Below, piece by piece: positions 1 to 8,924 of a stretch of 64,000 nucleotides of DNA. Source of the stretch: Bacteroidota bacterium. GTDB lineage: Bacteria > Bacteroidota > Bacteroidia > Flavobacteriales_D > Parvicellaceae. The position numbers and the translations under genes are program-made. The DNA lies in NCBI GenBank assembly GCA_036123135.1, contig JAZADZ010000102.1, positions 7,767 to 71,766 on the forward strand. The letters run 5' to 3'. The notes under the pieces were generated by a model, which had not been told where the DNA came from, ran no database searches, and saw nothing but the letters and a program-made list of their open reading frames with translations. Position 1 is the stretch's first letter; each line of letters opens with the position of its first letter.

Positions 1-1242
1 AGAATTCAATTCATTAGAAACATCAAAAGAAATATTTTTGTTCTTTAAAACAATTTTTTTAGACAACTGATTGTAATCAACGAATAAGTCATTGTCTGCT
101 AAATGATTTGTTCTCCACCATTCTAAATCTTTCTTTTTTATCCAAGCAAAACTATTTCTCAATACTACAAAAGGGTAATCAATTTTAGCATATTCAAATG
201 CATCTTTTAGTTGACTCCAATATTCAACTTCTGCTGGGCCACCAACATAAGCAAGATTTGGTAAAATACATTCTTGGTATAGTGGTCTTAGTAGTACATT
301 AGGACTAAAATTCTCTGGATTTTGCTCAATCATTTGAAGAATTTCTGCTTTTGAATGGTTCTTATCCTCAATAAAGTAGCGCCCATCTGCAACAACTATT
401 CTATCTCGGCTATTATTATTCAAGTAAAATAAATTTAAAGGTCTGGGATTAATTTTAGGAGTATATCCAGCGTTAGTAATTTCTTTATTGGATTTTATGA
501 CACATTTTTGAACAAATTGTTTGTTGACTTCCAAAGCAATTGTTTCTTTAAATAGGTTTTTAAATTCTTTAGAATCGGCATCAATAACAATTAAACCATA
601 CTCTCTAAAAAGATGGTCTACCCAAAACCTTGTACAATCCGACCAGTATTTCATGGAAAACGCCTTTTCGAAAATTGAAATAAGCTGATTTCCCCTTGAA
701 TCATTTTCGAATAAATCCCTTAATTCATCGAGGGCAGATAAAAAATATTCCGTTTTTATTCTGCCAACTTGTTTAGTATTTACACCGTTAACTTTGATTT
801 CTTTATCAAACAAAAAAACAGAGGATATTTCGTCAAAATCGTGATCTTCCGTGGCCATCCAAAAAGTTGGAATAAAATTGTGTTTAGGATAAGATTCTTT
901 GAGCTTTTCAGCAAGTGAAATTGTTGAAATAATTTTATGAATGAAAAATTGAGGACCCCCAAATAAACAAAGCTGATGGCCAGTAGTTACCGTAAAGGAA
1001 TTGGATTCACTAAGTAAATTGAGATTTTTTGGCACTGGAAGACCAATTGTTAAATATTGTTCTGAAATTACTTGTGTTAAAACATTTCTTTTAGCAGAGA
1101 GAAATTTTTTTTGATCAATCACTTTTTTGAAATTTCCAATTGTATTTGACATTGGATGAAATCCAGACATAGTTGATGTACGTGAAATGAAATCTAAAAG
1201 AAATTTAGATGAATAAATATTTTCTAGTGAAATATTGATCAT
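1..1242 (-). CDS. bshC: Bacillithiol biosynthesis cysteine-adding enzyme BshC, N-terminal 414 codons; C-terminus lies beyond the left edge
   Basis: Not in the ORF track because it is truncated. My translation from ATG (complement of 1240-1242) reads MINISLENIYSSKF...TTGHQLCLFGGPQFFIHKIISTISLAEKL...IPTFWMATEDHDFDEI and later AYVGGPAEVEYW. These match the BshC signature blocks (GxQxxLxxGPxYxxxK, FWxAxEDHDxxE, GPGExxYW). The frame stays open to position 1. Confidence 0.8.
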   Translation of the reverse strand, partial: MINISLENIYSSKFLLDFISRTSTMSGFHPMSNTIGNFKKVIDQKKFLSAKRNVLTQVISEQYLTIGLPVPKNLNLLSESNSFTVTTGHQLCLFGGPQFFIHKIISTISLAEKLKESYPKHNFIPTFWMATEDHDFDEISSVFLFDKEIKVNGVNTKQVGRIKTEYFLSALDELRDLFENDSRGNQLISIFEKAFSMKYWSDCTRFWVDHLFREYGLIVIDADSKEFKNLFKETIALEVNKQFVQKCVIKSNKEITNAGYTPKINPRPLNLFYLNNNSRDRIVVADGRYFIEDKNHSKAEILQMIEQNPENFSPNVLLRPLYQECILPNLAYVGGPAEVEYWSQLKDAFEYAKIDYPFVVLRNSFAWIKKKDLEWWRTNHLADNDLFVDYNQLSKKIVLKNKNISFDVSNELNS

Positions 1243-1408
1243 ACAGTTGCAAATTTAAACGAAAGAACCAACTTGAAAAAGGGATTTTTACAACAACTTT
1301 TATTTGACAAATAGGTTTAGAATTAACATAAAAGTTATTTTAATGATTATTATTTAGAATTATTATAAATACCACTTTTGTGGTATTGTACAGCGATACA
1401 TTCAAAAG

Positions 1409-1416
1409 TAAATTTG
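1409..1416 (+). promoter_or_regulatory. Candidate Bacteroidota -7 promoter box TAAATTTG (TAnnTTTG) for the DUF4856-like operon
   Basis: Exact TAnnTTTG match 40 nt upstream of the ATG at 1456. An ATTG ending at 1388 lies about 20 nt upstream as a possible -33 element. Confidence 0.35.
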
Positions 1417-1455
1417 CACAAAATTTAACACCAAATACTAATTATTACTAAAACT

Positions 1456-2646
1456 ATGAAATTTTCAAAAAACACAATTTTAGTTGCTACAGGTTTACTA
1501 TTTGTACTCTCTGGATGTAAAAAAGAAGGATGTACTGATCCACTTGCAGACAACTACAATGAAGATGCAAAAACTGATGACGGTTCTTGTGAGTATTCTT
1601 ATAATGTTCCTTCAACATATGAGTTTACTGATGCAGATGGCAACAATACCGTATCTTACAGTGGACAAACGGCAAGAATGGATATGCTTTCTGAAATGAC
1701 TTCTTACCTAAAAACTGCCAACAACAACGGAACAGCTTTAGATGCTGCAACATTACTTGCTATGTACGATAATTCTTACACAGGATGGTCAGATGCAGGT
1801 CTTGTTGGAAATGGTAAGCAATTAAAAAGTAAAACTGCTTTAGGAGATGCTGCTATTCAAGCTCAATTTGAAACATGGATGAATGATGCTGCTGCAGCTT
1901 CACCAGATCAAACTGGAGGATATCTTCAAAACGCTGACGGAGTTGAATGGACGCAACTTATCGAAAAAGGATTAATGAGTGCTTGTTTTATCAGCCAAAT
2001 GACTGGAAACTACCTAGCTGGTATTGCTTCAGATGACAACACAACTGCTTCTGATCCTGACAACGGCAAATACTATACTTCAATGGAGCATCACTGGGAT
2101 GAAGCATATGGATATTTTACTGATGCAACTGATTATCCAACTAATGGTACCAACAGATTTTGGGGTAAATATGCAAACAATACGTTAGAGTCTGTAATTG
2201 GTTCTGCTACAAATATTGCTAACGCATTCAGAACTGGTAGAGCTGCCATTGCCGCTGACAGAATTAATCCAGGTGCTGGATTTACTGAAGATGCAATTGC
2301 TCAAGCTGCAATTATTACAACTGAAGCTCAGAGAATGGTTGCTGGAATGGCAATTCATTACTTGAACGCTACAAAGCAAAAAGTTGCTGACGGAGAATCT
2401 CAAAACAAAGTATGTCACTACCTTTCTGAGGCTTGGGCATTTATTTACGGTATTCAATTTGTTGAAGGATCACCAATGACTTCTACAGAAATTATGGGAA
2501 TTCTTGTTGATGGAATGCCAGGTGGATACCCAGCGATTAATGACAACTTCTACGGATTTGCACAAAGCACAATGTCTGTAAATGCAGTTATCGATGTTAT
2601 CGCAAATGCGCACGGATTCACTCAATCAGAAAGAGAGAACCTTTAA
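1456..2646 (+). CDS. Lipoprotein, DUF4856-like, first gene of an imelysin-associated cluster
   Basis: Signal peptide with lipobox (LSGC). Carries a Cys-rich GCTDPLADNYNEDAKTDDGSCEY module. Gene context is imelysin-like, HTTM and TonB receptor downstream. The family name is from memory of this conserved Bacteroidota cluster. Confidence 0.55.
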   Translation: MKFSKNTILVATGLLFVLSGCKKEGCTDPLADNYNEDAKTDDGSCEYSYNVPSTYEFTDADGNNTVSYSGQTARMDMLSEMTSYLKTANNNGTALDAATLLAMYDNSYTGWSDAGLVGNGKQLKSKTALGDAAIQAQFETWMNDAAAASPDQTGGYLQNADGVEWTQLIEKGLMSACFISQMTGNYLAGIASDDNTTASDPDNGKYYTSMEHHWDEAYGYFTDATDYPTNGTNRFWGKYANNTLESVIGSATNIANAFRTGRAAIAADRINPGAGFTEDAIAQAAIITTEAQRMVAGMAIHYLNATKQKVADGESQNKVCHYLSEAWAFIYGIQFVEGSPMTSTEIMGILVDGMPGGYPAINDNFYGFAQSTMSVNAVIDVIANAHGFTQSERENL

Positions 2647-2671
2647 TATCAACCTAATATTAGTTAATTTT

Positions 2672-2698
2672 ACACCTGTGGGAGATGCCCACAGGTGT
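2672..2698 (+). terminator. Perfect 11-bp hairpin (acacctgtggg / cccacaggtgt) between the first two operon genes; attenuator or terminator-like
   Basis: Inverted repeat read directly in the sequence. It is followed by an AT-rich stretch (atttaaatttta) rather than a clean T-run. Confidence 0.4.
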
Positions 2699-2714
2699 AT
2701 TTAAATTTTAAATC

Positions 2715-3905
2715 ATGTTAAAGCTTATATCACTGTTCAAAAAAAACGTAGTCATCAAATCTTCAATTGTTTTGGTGATTTTTGCATTTAATGGATGTAA
2801 AAAAGGATGTACGGACCCATTGGCATTAAACTACGACCCAAATGCTAAAAAAGAAGATCAATCCTGTGAATATGAAAGCTTTAATAAACAAGGTCTTTTA
2901 GACAACCTCGCGAACTCCTTTATCTTACCATCAGTTGAAGCCTACAAAACAAACGTAGATAACCTACATACAGCCTCAACTTCATTTACTACAACACCCT
3001 CAGCATCAAACTTAACCACACTTAAAACAGCTTGGGAAACAGCATTATTAACATGGCAAGACATTGCTTTTCTAGATTTTGGACCAGCTGCTTACATTGT
3101 ATTAAAAAGTCAGACCAACACTTATCCAACAGATACTGCGGGGATCAATTTAAATATAAGCTCTGGAAATTGGTTGCTTACAAGTGCAAGCTTCAACGAC
3201 CAAAAAGGGTTTCAGGCACTAGATTATCTTTTACACATGCCTGGAAAAACAGATCAGCAAATTGTTGATTATTACACTACAACATCTAATGCTTCCTCTT
3301 ACCTAAATGAAGTAACACAAGACCTAGTTACCAATGCAACCTACATTCACAATCAATGGAATTCCTCTTACAAAGACGACTTTATCAACAATAATGAGTC
3401 TAATGCTCAAGGAAGCTCTGTTAGTGATGTGGTAAATGCACTTAATCTTCATTATGAATATTATCTTCGAAGAGGAAAGATTGGTCTTCCTTTAGGAGTA
3501 TTCAATGGTTTTACTCAGCAACCTATGCCCGAATTGGTAGAATGTTACTATTATGGTCAATCACTTCCATTTGCCATAAGAGCTGTAGAATCTTTACAAA
3601 AATTCATGAACGGTTGTAATTATTTAATTCCAGAAGAAAATAACCTTGGACTTGACGATTACATGAATTTTACCAATGCACAACAGGCAGGTTCTCCCCT
3701 TTCTGAAGTCATCGATAACCAATTTTCCGAAATCATTGCTGGTTTAAATGGACTAAGCGATCCACTCAGCAACGAAGTTGTTGTTAACAATGCTCAAGGA
3801 AATGTTGTTTACGACAAACTTCAACAGCTTGTTCCACTAATTAAAGTGGATATGACTTCCGCATTAGGTGTCCTAATTACGTATCAAGATAATGATGGGG
3901 ATTAA
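2715..3905 (+). CDS. Imelysin-like (peptidase M75 family-like) lipoprotein
   Basis: Lipobox (FNGC). Has the same GCTDPLALNYDPNAKKEDQSCEY module as the upstream gene. Size and context are typical of imelysin-family proteins next to HTTM and TonB-receptor genes. Confidence 0.5.
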   Translation: MLKLISLFKKNVVIKSSIVLVIFAFNGCKKGCTDPLALNYDPNAKKEDQSCEYESFNKQGLLDNLANSFILPSVEAYKTNVDNLHTASTSFTTTPSASNLTTLKTAWETALLTWQDIAFLDFGPAAYIVLKSQTNTYPTDTAGINLNISSGNWLLTSASFNDQKGFQALDYLLHMPGKTDQQIVDYYTTTSNASSYLNEVTQDLVTNATYIHNQWNSSYKDDFINNNESNAQGSSVSDVVNALNLHYEYYLRRGKIGLPLGVFNGFTQQPMPELVECYYYGQSLPFAIRAVESLQKFMNGCNYLIPEENNLGLDDYMNFTNAQQAGSPLSEVIDNQFSEIIAGLNGLSDPLSNEVVVNNAQGNVVYDKLQQLVPLIKVDMTSALGVLITYQDNDGD

Positions 3906-5277
3906 TAGGTGGTTTCATCTTTTAATTAACCAACAAAGCAATATAGCTCCTCTTGTTGTCTTCAGAATAATTTTTGGAGCAATGATGTTTGGTAGCACGC
4001 TAAGATTCATTCTCAAGGGATGGGTAGAAGAACTATACATTAATCCAACTTATTTTTTCACGTATTATGGTTTCGATTGGATAAAACCATTGAACGAAAA
4101 TGGCATGTATGCTATTTTCGGGCTCATGTTGATTAGCTCTATTTTTATTCTCTTTGGATTTTTATATAGAATCAATATTCTTGTTTTCTTTATTGTATTC
4201 ACTTATGTAGAGCTAATCGACAAAACCAATTATTTAAACCACTACTATTTTGTAAGCTTAATTGCCTTTATATTAATTTTTCTTCCAGCACACCGCTTAT
4301 TCTCATTGGATGTATTTTTTGGTATTTGCAAAAAAAAATTCTCAGTCCCAATATGGTCAATAAATGTGATTAAACTTCAAATTGGATTGGTCTATTTTTT
4401 TGCAGGAATTGCTAAACTGAATTATCACTGGTTAATAGAGGCACAACCATTGACTAATTGGCTAAAACACCAATGGGAATTCCCACTAATTGGTGAATTT
4501 TTAACCCAAGACTATGTTGCCTTTTTGTTCAGTTGGGGTGGTGCTCTATTTGACTTAACAATCTTTTTTATTTTGATAAATAGTAGTCTACGGATCTATG
4601 GTTATGTTCTTGTAGTACTATTTCATTTGATGACCTCAATTATGTTTCCAATTGGAGTATTTCCACTTGTTATGATTTGTAGTACTTTAATTTTCTTTTC
4701 TGCCGAATTTCATTCAAAAATTATTGCTTTCATTTCAGCAGCTATTTTTCAGAAAGAACTTACACCAACTAGTAAGACAATTCATTCCCCCTATCAAAAT
4801 CAAACTTTCCTCAAAGTTTTGTTCACCTGCTTTATATGTGTTCAATTACTTTTACCATTGAGATACCTACTTTACCCAGGTAAACTTTTCTGGACAGAGC
4901 AAGGATATAGATTTAGTTGGCGAGTAATGTTAATTGAAAAAGCAGGATACACACAATTTTACATCCATGAACCAGTGAAAAATAGAAAAATGCTTGTTCA
5001 AAATTGTGATTACTTAACTCCGCAACAGGAAAAAATGATGTCTACACAGCCAGATATGATTCTTCAATTTGCAAAGTACCTGAATAAAGTTTATAGTGAT
5101 ACTATTATTATTGAGGGTAATGAAAGAATACAACTTCAAAATCCTAAAGTAACTGCAGATGTAAGAGTTAGTTTGTTTAATAAAGGAAATAGAGTATTTA
5201 TTGATCCAACTGTAGATTTATCTAAGCAACAAAGGGGTTTCAGTCACAAAGAATGGATAGTAAATTATGAGAATTAA
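3892..5277 (+). CDS. HTTM domain (vitamin K-dependent gamma-carboxylase-like) polytopic membrane protein
   Basis: N-terminus IAPLVVFRIIFGAMMFGSTLRF followed by multiple hydrophobic helices, typical of HTTM proteins. Overlaps both neighbours (14 nt and 11 nt), suggesting translational coupling. Confidence 0.6.
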   Translation: MMGINRWFHLLINQQSNIAPLVVFRIIFGAMMFGSTLRFILKGWVEELYINPTYFFTYYGFDWIKPLNENGMYAIFGLMLISSIFILFGFLYRINILVFFIVFTYVELIDKTNYLNHYYFVSLIAFILIFLPAHRLFSLDVFFGICKKKFSVPIWSINVIKLQIGLVYFFAGIAKLNYHWLIEAQPLTNWLKHQWEFPLIGEFLTQDYVAFLFSWGGALFDLTIFFILINSSLRIYGYVLVVLFHLMTSIMFPIGVFPLVMICSTLIFFSAEFHSKIIAFISAAIFQKELTPTSKTIHSPYQNQTFLKVLFTCFICVQLLLPLRYLLYPGKLFWTEQGYRFSWRVMLIEKAGYTQFYIHEPVKNRKMLVQNCDYLTPQQEKMMSTQPDMILQFAKYLNKVYSDTIIIEGNERIQLQNPKVTADVRVSLFNKGNRVFIDPTVDLSKQQRGFSHKEWIVNYEN

Positions 5278-7735
5278 TCTTACCATACTTTTATCGCTGT
5301 TAATTTCGATTGGTTTGTATGCTCAAGAAACAGGCAAAATTTCTGGATATATATTTAACAATGATCAAAAGAAACTTTCCTATTCAAGCATCACAGTCTT
5401 TGATGTCGAAACAAAAAAATCGTTTACAATATATTCCAATGAAAATGGATATTTTTTAACTCCCAGCATAAAACATGGATTATACAAATTAACCTATTTC
5501 GCATACGGATACGATAAAAAAATTGATACTGTAGAGCTTAAATCAAAGCTTGTTAACCTAAACATAAGTCTATCAACCATTTCATATGATTTAAATGAAG
5601 TTGTTGTTAAAAATTCAGACTATAGCAACTTTCAAACCAGAAAATTAAAAGCTATTGAGGGAGTAATGATAACTCAAGGCAAAAAATCAGAGGCTATTGA
5701 TGTTGAAAATACAGATGCCAATAAGGCTACTAATTTAAGTCGGCAAATTTATGGTAAAATACCTGGACTGAACATTTGGGAAAGCGATGGAGCTGGAATC
5801 CAAATAGGACTAGGTGGAAGAGGTCTAAATCCAAGTCGGAATTCCAATTTTAATACGCGTCAGAACGGTTACGATATCAGTGCAGATGCATTGGGTTATC
5901 CAGAAAGTTATTACACTCCTCCATCTGAGGCAGTGGAAGAAATTCAGCTAATAAGAGGCGCCGCTTCTCTTCAGTTTGGACCTCAGTTTGGTGGTCTAAT
6001 TAATTTCAAACTGAAAGAAGCTAATCCGAATAAACCAATCGAGCTAATTGCCAGGCACACTGTAGGTTCATTCGGCTTAAACAACTCTTTTGTTAGTCTT
6101 GGAGGAACAAATTCGAGGTGGAAATATTACGGATATTGTAATTACAAATTCGGCAACGATTTCAGACCAAATTCTGATTTTGAAGCCATTCATGGGCACA
6201 TTAACATCAAAAGACAACTCAATGAACGAACTTCCGTTAGCTTTGAATTTACTAAAATGTATTATCTAGCTCATCAGCCTGGAGGATTAACCGATAATGC
6301 ATTTTTGAGCGATCCAGATTCTTCTGTTCGCAGCAGAAATTGGTTTCAAATTGATTGGAACCTTGCTGCATTGCAATTCGATTATGAAATTAATTCCAAC
6401 ACTAAGGTAAACTCAAGAACTTTTGGACTAATTGCAACAAGAAACTCATTGGGTTATTTAGACAATATTAGCAGGATTGATCCTTATGATATTGGTGATA
6501 CAGCAGCAGCAAGAGACCTAATTTTCAGTGACTTTCAAAATATTGGAAATGAGACCCGTTTAGTTCACTTGTATGAGCCATTCAAACTTCCATGGGCTTT
6601 TGTGGTTGGAGTGCGTGCATACAGGGGTCAAAACAACAGTATTCAGGGAGATGGAAATACGGATACAGGTCCTGATTTTTATTTTATTGAAAATGCAGAA
6701 AATATGGATTCTTCCTATTCTGTAGAAAGTAATTACCGATTTCCCAGCTTTAACTTGTCAGCCTTTGCTGAACATATTTTTAACATCACTAGTAAATTAA
6801 GCATTACTCCAGGTATTCGATACGAATACATCTCAACATCTGCTAATGGAAAATATAGAGAACAACAAGCAGATTTGGCTGGAAATATTATTTACGATAC
6901 AGTTTATAGTGTACAAAAAAATCAAAATCGAGGATTTATAATTGGTGGAATTGGGTTGAATTATAAGCTAAAAGATTACATAGAGCTGTACGCTAATTTA
7001 TCTCAAAACTACAGAAGCATCAATTTTGCAGATATGCAGATTACCAACCCAAATTTTAAAATTGACCCAATTCTTCAAGACGAAAGAGGTTTCAATGCAG
7101 ATTTGGGTATACGAGGACAAATTGAAAACAAACTTTATTTTGATGCATCCATTTTCACTCTTTTTTACAATAATAGAATTGGAACTACGCTTCAAATTGA
7201 CACCAGTTTATTTCGCCCTTTTCAGTATAGAACGAACATTTCACAGTCAAGAACATATGGTTTTGAAATGATGATTGAAGCAGATTGGCTAAAAATCTTT
7301 TTAAAAAATAACGCTGATAAAAAATTTAGCACTTTTGTTAACTTTTCCTACAACGATGCCAAATACATTAACTCGGACGAACCAGCATTTGAAAACAAAC
7401 TTGTTGAACTTGTTCCACCTGTTGTTCTAAGAGCAGGATTTACATTTGGAATTAACACTTTTTCAATTTCGTTTCAATATAGCTACACCGACGAACACTT
7501 TTCAGATGCTACCAATGCAATAAGCGTATCGAACGCAGTGATAGGTATTATTCCATCTTACACAACCATGGATGTTTCTGCAAAATATTCCTTCAAAAAA
7601 TTTCAACTAGAAGCAGGACTTAATAACCTCACCAATGAAAGTTATTTTACAAGAAGAGCAAGTGGTTATCCAGGGCCTGGAATTCTACCTTCGCCTCCAA
7701 GAAATTTTTACATTGGAATTCAACTTAAACTTTAG
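5267..7735 (+). CDS. TonB-dependent outer-membrane receptor with N-terminal carboxypeptidase-regulatory-like domain
   Basis: Signal peptide, CarbopepD_reg-like start (GKISGYIFNNDQKK..), plug-region motifs (IEEIQLIRGAASLQFGPQFGG), then a long beta-barrel with alternating hydrophobicity. Confidence 0.85.
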   Translation: MRINLTILLSLLISIGLYAQETGKISGYIFNNDQKKLSYSSITVFDVETKKSFTIYSNENGYFLTPSIKHGLYKLTYFAYGYDKKIDTVELKSKLVNLNISLSTISYDLNEVVVKNSDYSNFQTRKLKAIEGVMITQGKKSEAIDVENTDANKATNLSRQIYGKIPGLNIWESDGAGIQIGLGGRGLNPSRNSNFNTRQNGYDISADALGYPESYYTPPSEAVEEIQLIRGAASLQFGPQFGGLINFKLKEANPNKPIELIARHTVGSFGLNNSFVSLGGTNSRWKYYGYCNYKFGNDFRPNSDFEAIHGHINIKRQLNERTSVSFEFTKMYYLAHQPGGLTDNAFLSDPDSSVRSRNWFQIDWNLAALQFDYEINSNTKVNSRTFGLIATRNSLGYLDNISRIDPYDIGDTAAARDLIFSDFQNIGNETRLVHLYEPFKLPWAFVVGVRAYRGQNNSIQGDGNTDTGPDFYFIENAENMDSSYSVESNYRFPSFNLSAFAEHIFNITSKLSITPGIRYEYISTSANGKYREQQADLAGNIIYDTVYSVQKNQNRGFIIGGIGLNYKLKDYIELYANLSQNYRSINFADMQITNPNFKIDPILQDERGFNADLGIRGQIENKLYFDASIFTLFYNNRIGTTLQIDTSLFRPFQYRTNISQSRTYGFEMMIEADWLKIFLKNNADKKFSTFVNFSYNDAKYINSDEPAFENKLVELVPPVVLRAGFTFGINTFSISFQYSYTDEHFSDATNAISVSNAVIGIIPSYTTMDVSAKYSFKKFQLEAGLNNLTNESYFTRRASGYPGPGILPSPPRNFYIGIQLKL

Positions 7736-7771
7736 ATTATACCCTATTTAAGGTATTGTCAAAAACTGGTA

Positions 7772-8542
7772 GTGATTCTAAATTTGTTATCTAGAAATAT
7801 TCTAAATAACACCTTGCAAGTAATGATAAGCATTAAGAATAGTCCTACTGAAATTCTAAAAATTAATAAACAAAACGAACACATCCTCAATCGTTATGAT
7901 ATTCCTCATAAGTCAAAAAAATCGATTGAAAAAACAAGCTATAAAAAAGACATCAACCCAAATTTTATTGTAGATGTTCTAAATTCTTTTGAAAACACTG
8001 AGTCCATAGATCACAAGGTTTTCATTAAATATAGAGTTCCTCTTATTATAGACTATCTTGAAAAGTCACATTTTTACTACAGAACCAAACGTTTACCAGA
8101 AATTGAACAAAACATTTACAACCTAATAACAAAATTTGAAGATAAAAAACCTTTGTTGTATCTCTTTCATTATTTTTTTAAAGTCTATCAAAACGAGCTA
8201 TGTAAGCATTTTAAGGAGGAAGAGCAAAAGGTATTCCCTTATGCACTTAATTTATACAATGCTGTATATTTTAAATCTAGAGCTGAACGAAACTTACTTA
8301 AAATTCAAAAGAAAAATGCCATTGCATTTATGAAAAATCACAGAAAACAAGAGAGTGACCTCAGGGTTCTGCACAAAGCAATTCTGAAATATTCACCTCC
8401 TGCCAATAACTTGTCTATTTATCAAATTATTCTCTCTCAACTAAAAAGCTTTCAGCAAGATTTAAATCTTCATGCAAGCATTGAAGAAAACGTATTAGAA
8501 ACTAAATTAATATCATTAGAATCCTATTTGAATTTAAAATGA
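7772..8542 (+). CDS. Hemerythrin-like (HHE cation-binding) protein, RIC/ScdA-like
   Basis: HHE-type motifs (EKSHFYYRTKRLPEIE and HFKEEEQKVFPY). The track start is GTG; the ATG at 7823 (MISIKNS...) is an equally plausible start. Confidence 0.45.
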   Translation: MILNLLSRNILNNTLQVMISIKNSPTEILKINKQNEHILNRYDIPHKSKKSIEKTSYKKDINPNFIVDVLNSFENTESIDHKVFIKYRVPLIIDYLEKSHFYYRTKRLPEIEQNIYNLITKFEDKKPLLYLFHYFFKVYQNELCKHFKEEEQKVFPYALNLYNAVYFKSRAERNLLKIQKKNAIAFMKNHRKQESDLRVLHKAILKYSPPANNLSIYQIILSQLKSFQQDLNLHASIEENVLETKLISLESYLNLK

Positions 8543-8886
8543 AAGATTTGAGAGAACACACGGAAAATCCGAACATTGTTTTGCATGAAAACAGCAGTGG
8601 ATACATTGTTCAATGCCCTGAATGTGGAGAAATTTTAATTTCTTTTGGGAATGTCCTAACAAGTGTAAATGAAAACGGATTTAAAAACCTTCACAATGCA
8701 CTAAACAACATTTTGAAAGAATTAGAGCTTCACACTGTAGAAATGCACAGAGGAGAAAAAAAAGTTATTGTAGCCACGCCACTTGAAAATCTTAATCTTT
8801 CGTTTAACCCAGGTGATTTCGAAAATGTCATTGAACTTTTTGACCAAGCAAAACTAATGCTAGAAATAAAAAATATCATAATCTAG
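8539..8886 (+). CDS. Small hypothetical protein with a single CPEC motif
   Basis: ATGA start/stop overlap with the upstream gene. I do not recognise a family. Confidence 0.4.
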   Translation: MKDLREHTENPNIVLHENSSGYIVQCPECGEILISFGNVLTSVNENGFKNLHNALNNILKELELHTVEMHRGEKKVIVATPLENLNLSFNPGDFENVIELFDQAKLMLEIKNIII

Positions 8887-8924
8887 TAATCTTTCTATTT
8901 TTGGATAAATGGTAAATTAGCTGA

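Noticed and set aside
780-962. 60-aa minus-strand ORF from the track
   Set aside because: It lies out of frame inside the much longer open bshC reading frame (1-1242, minus), which has clear family motifs. It is a spurious overlap.
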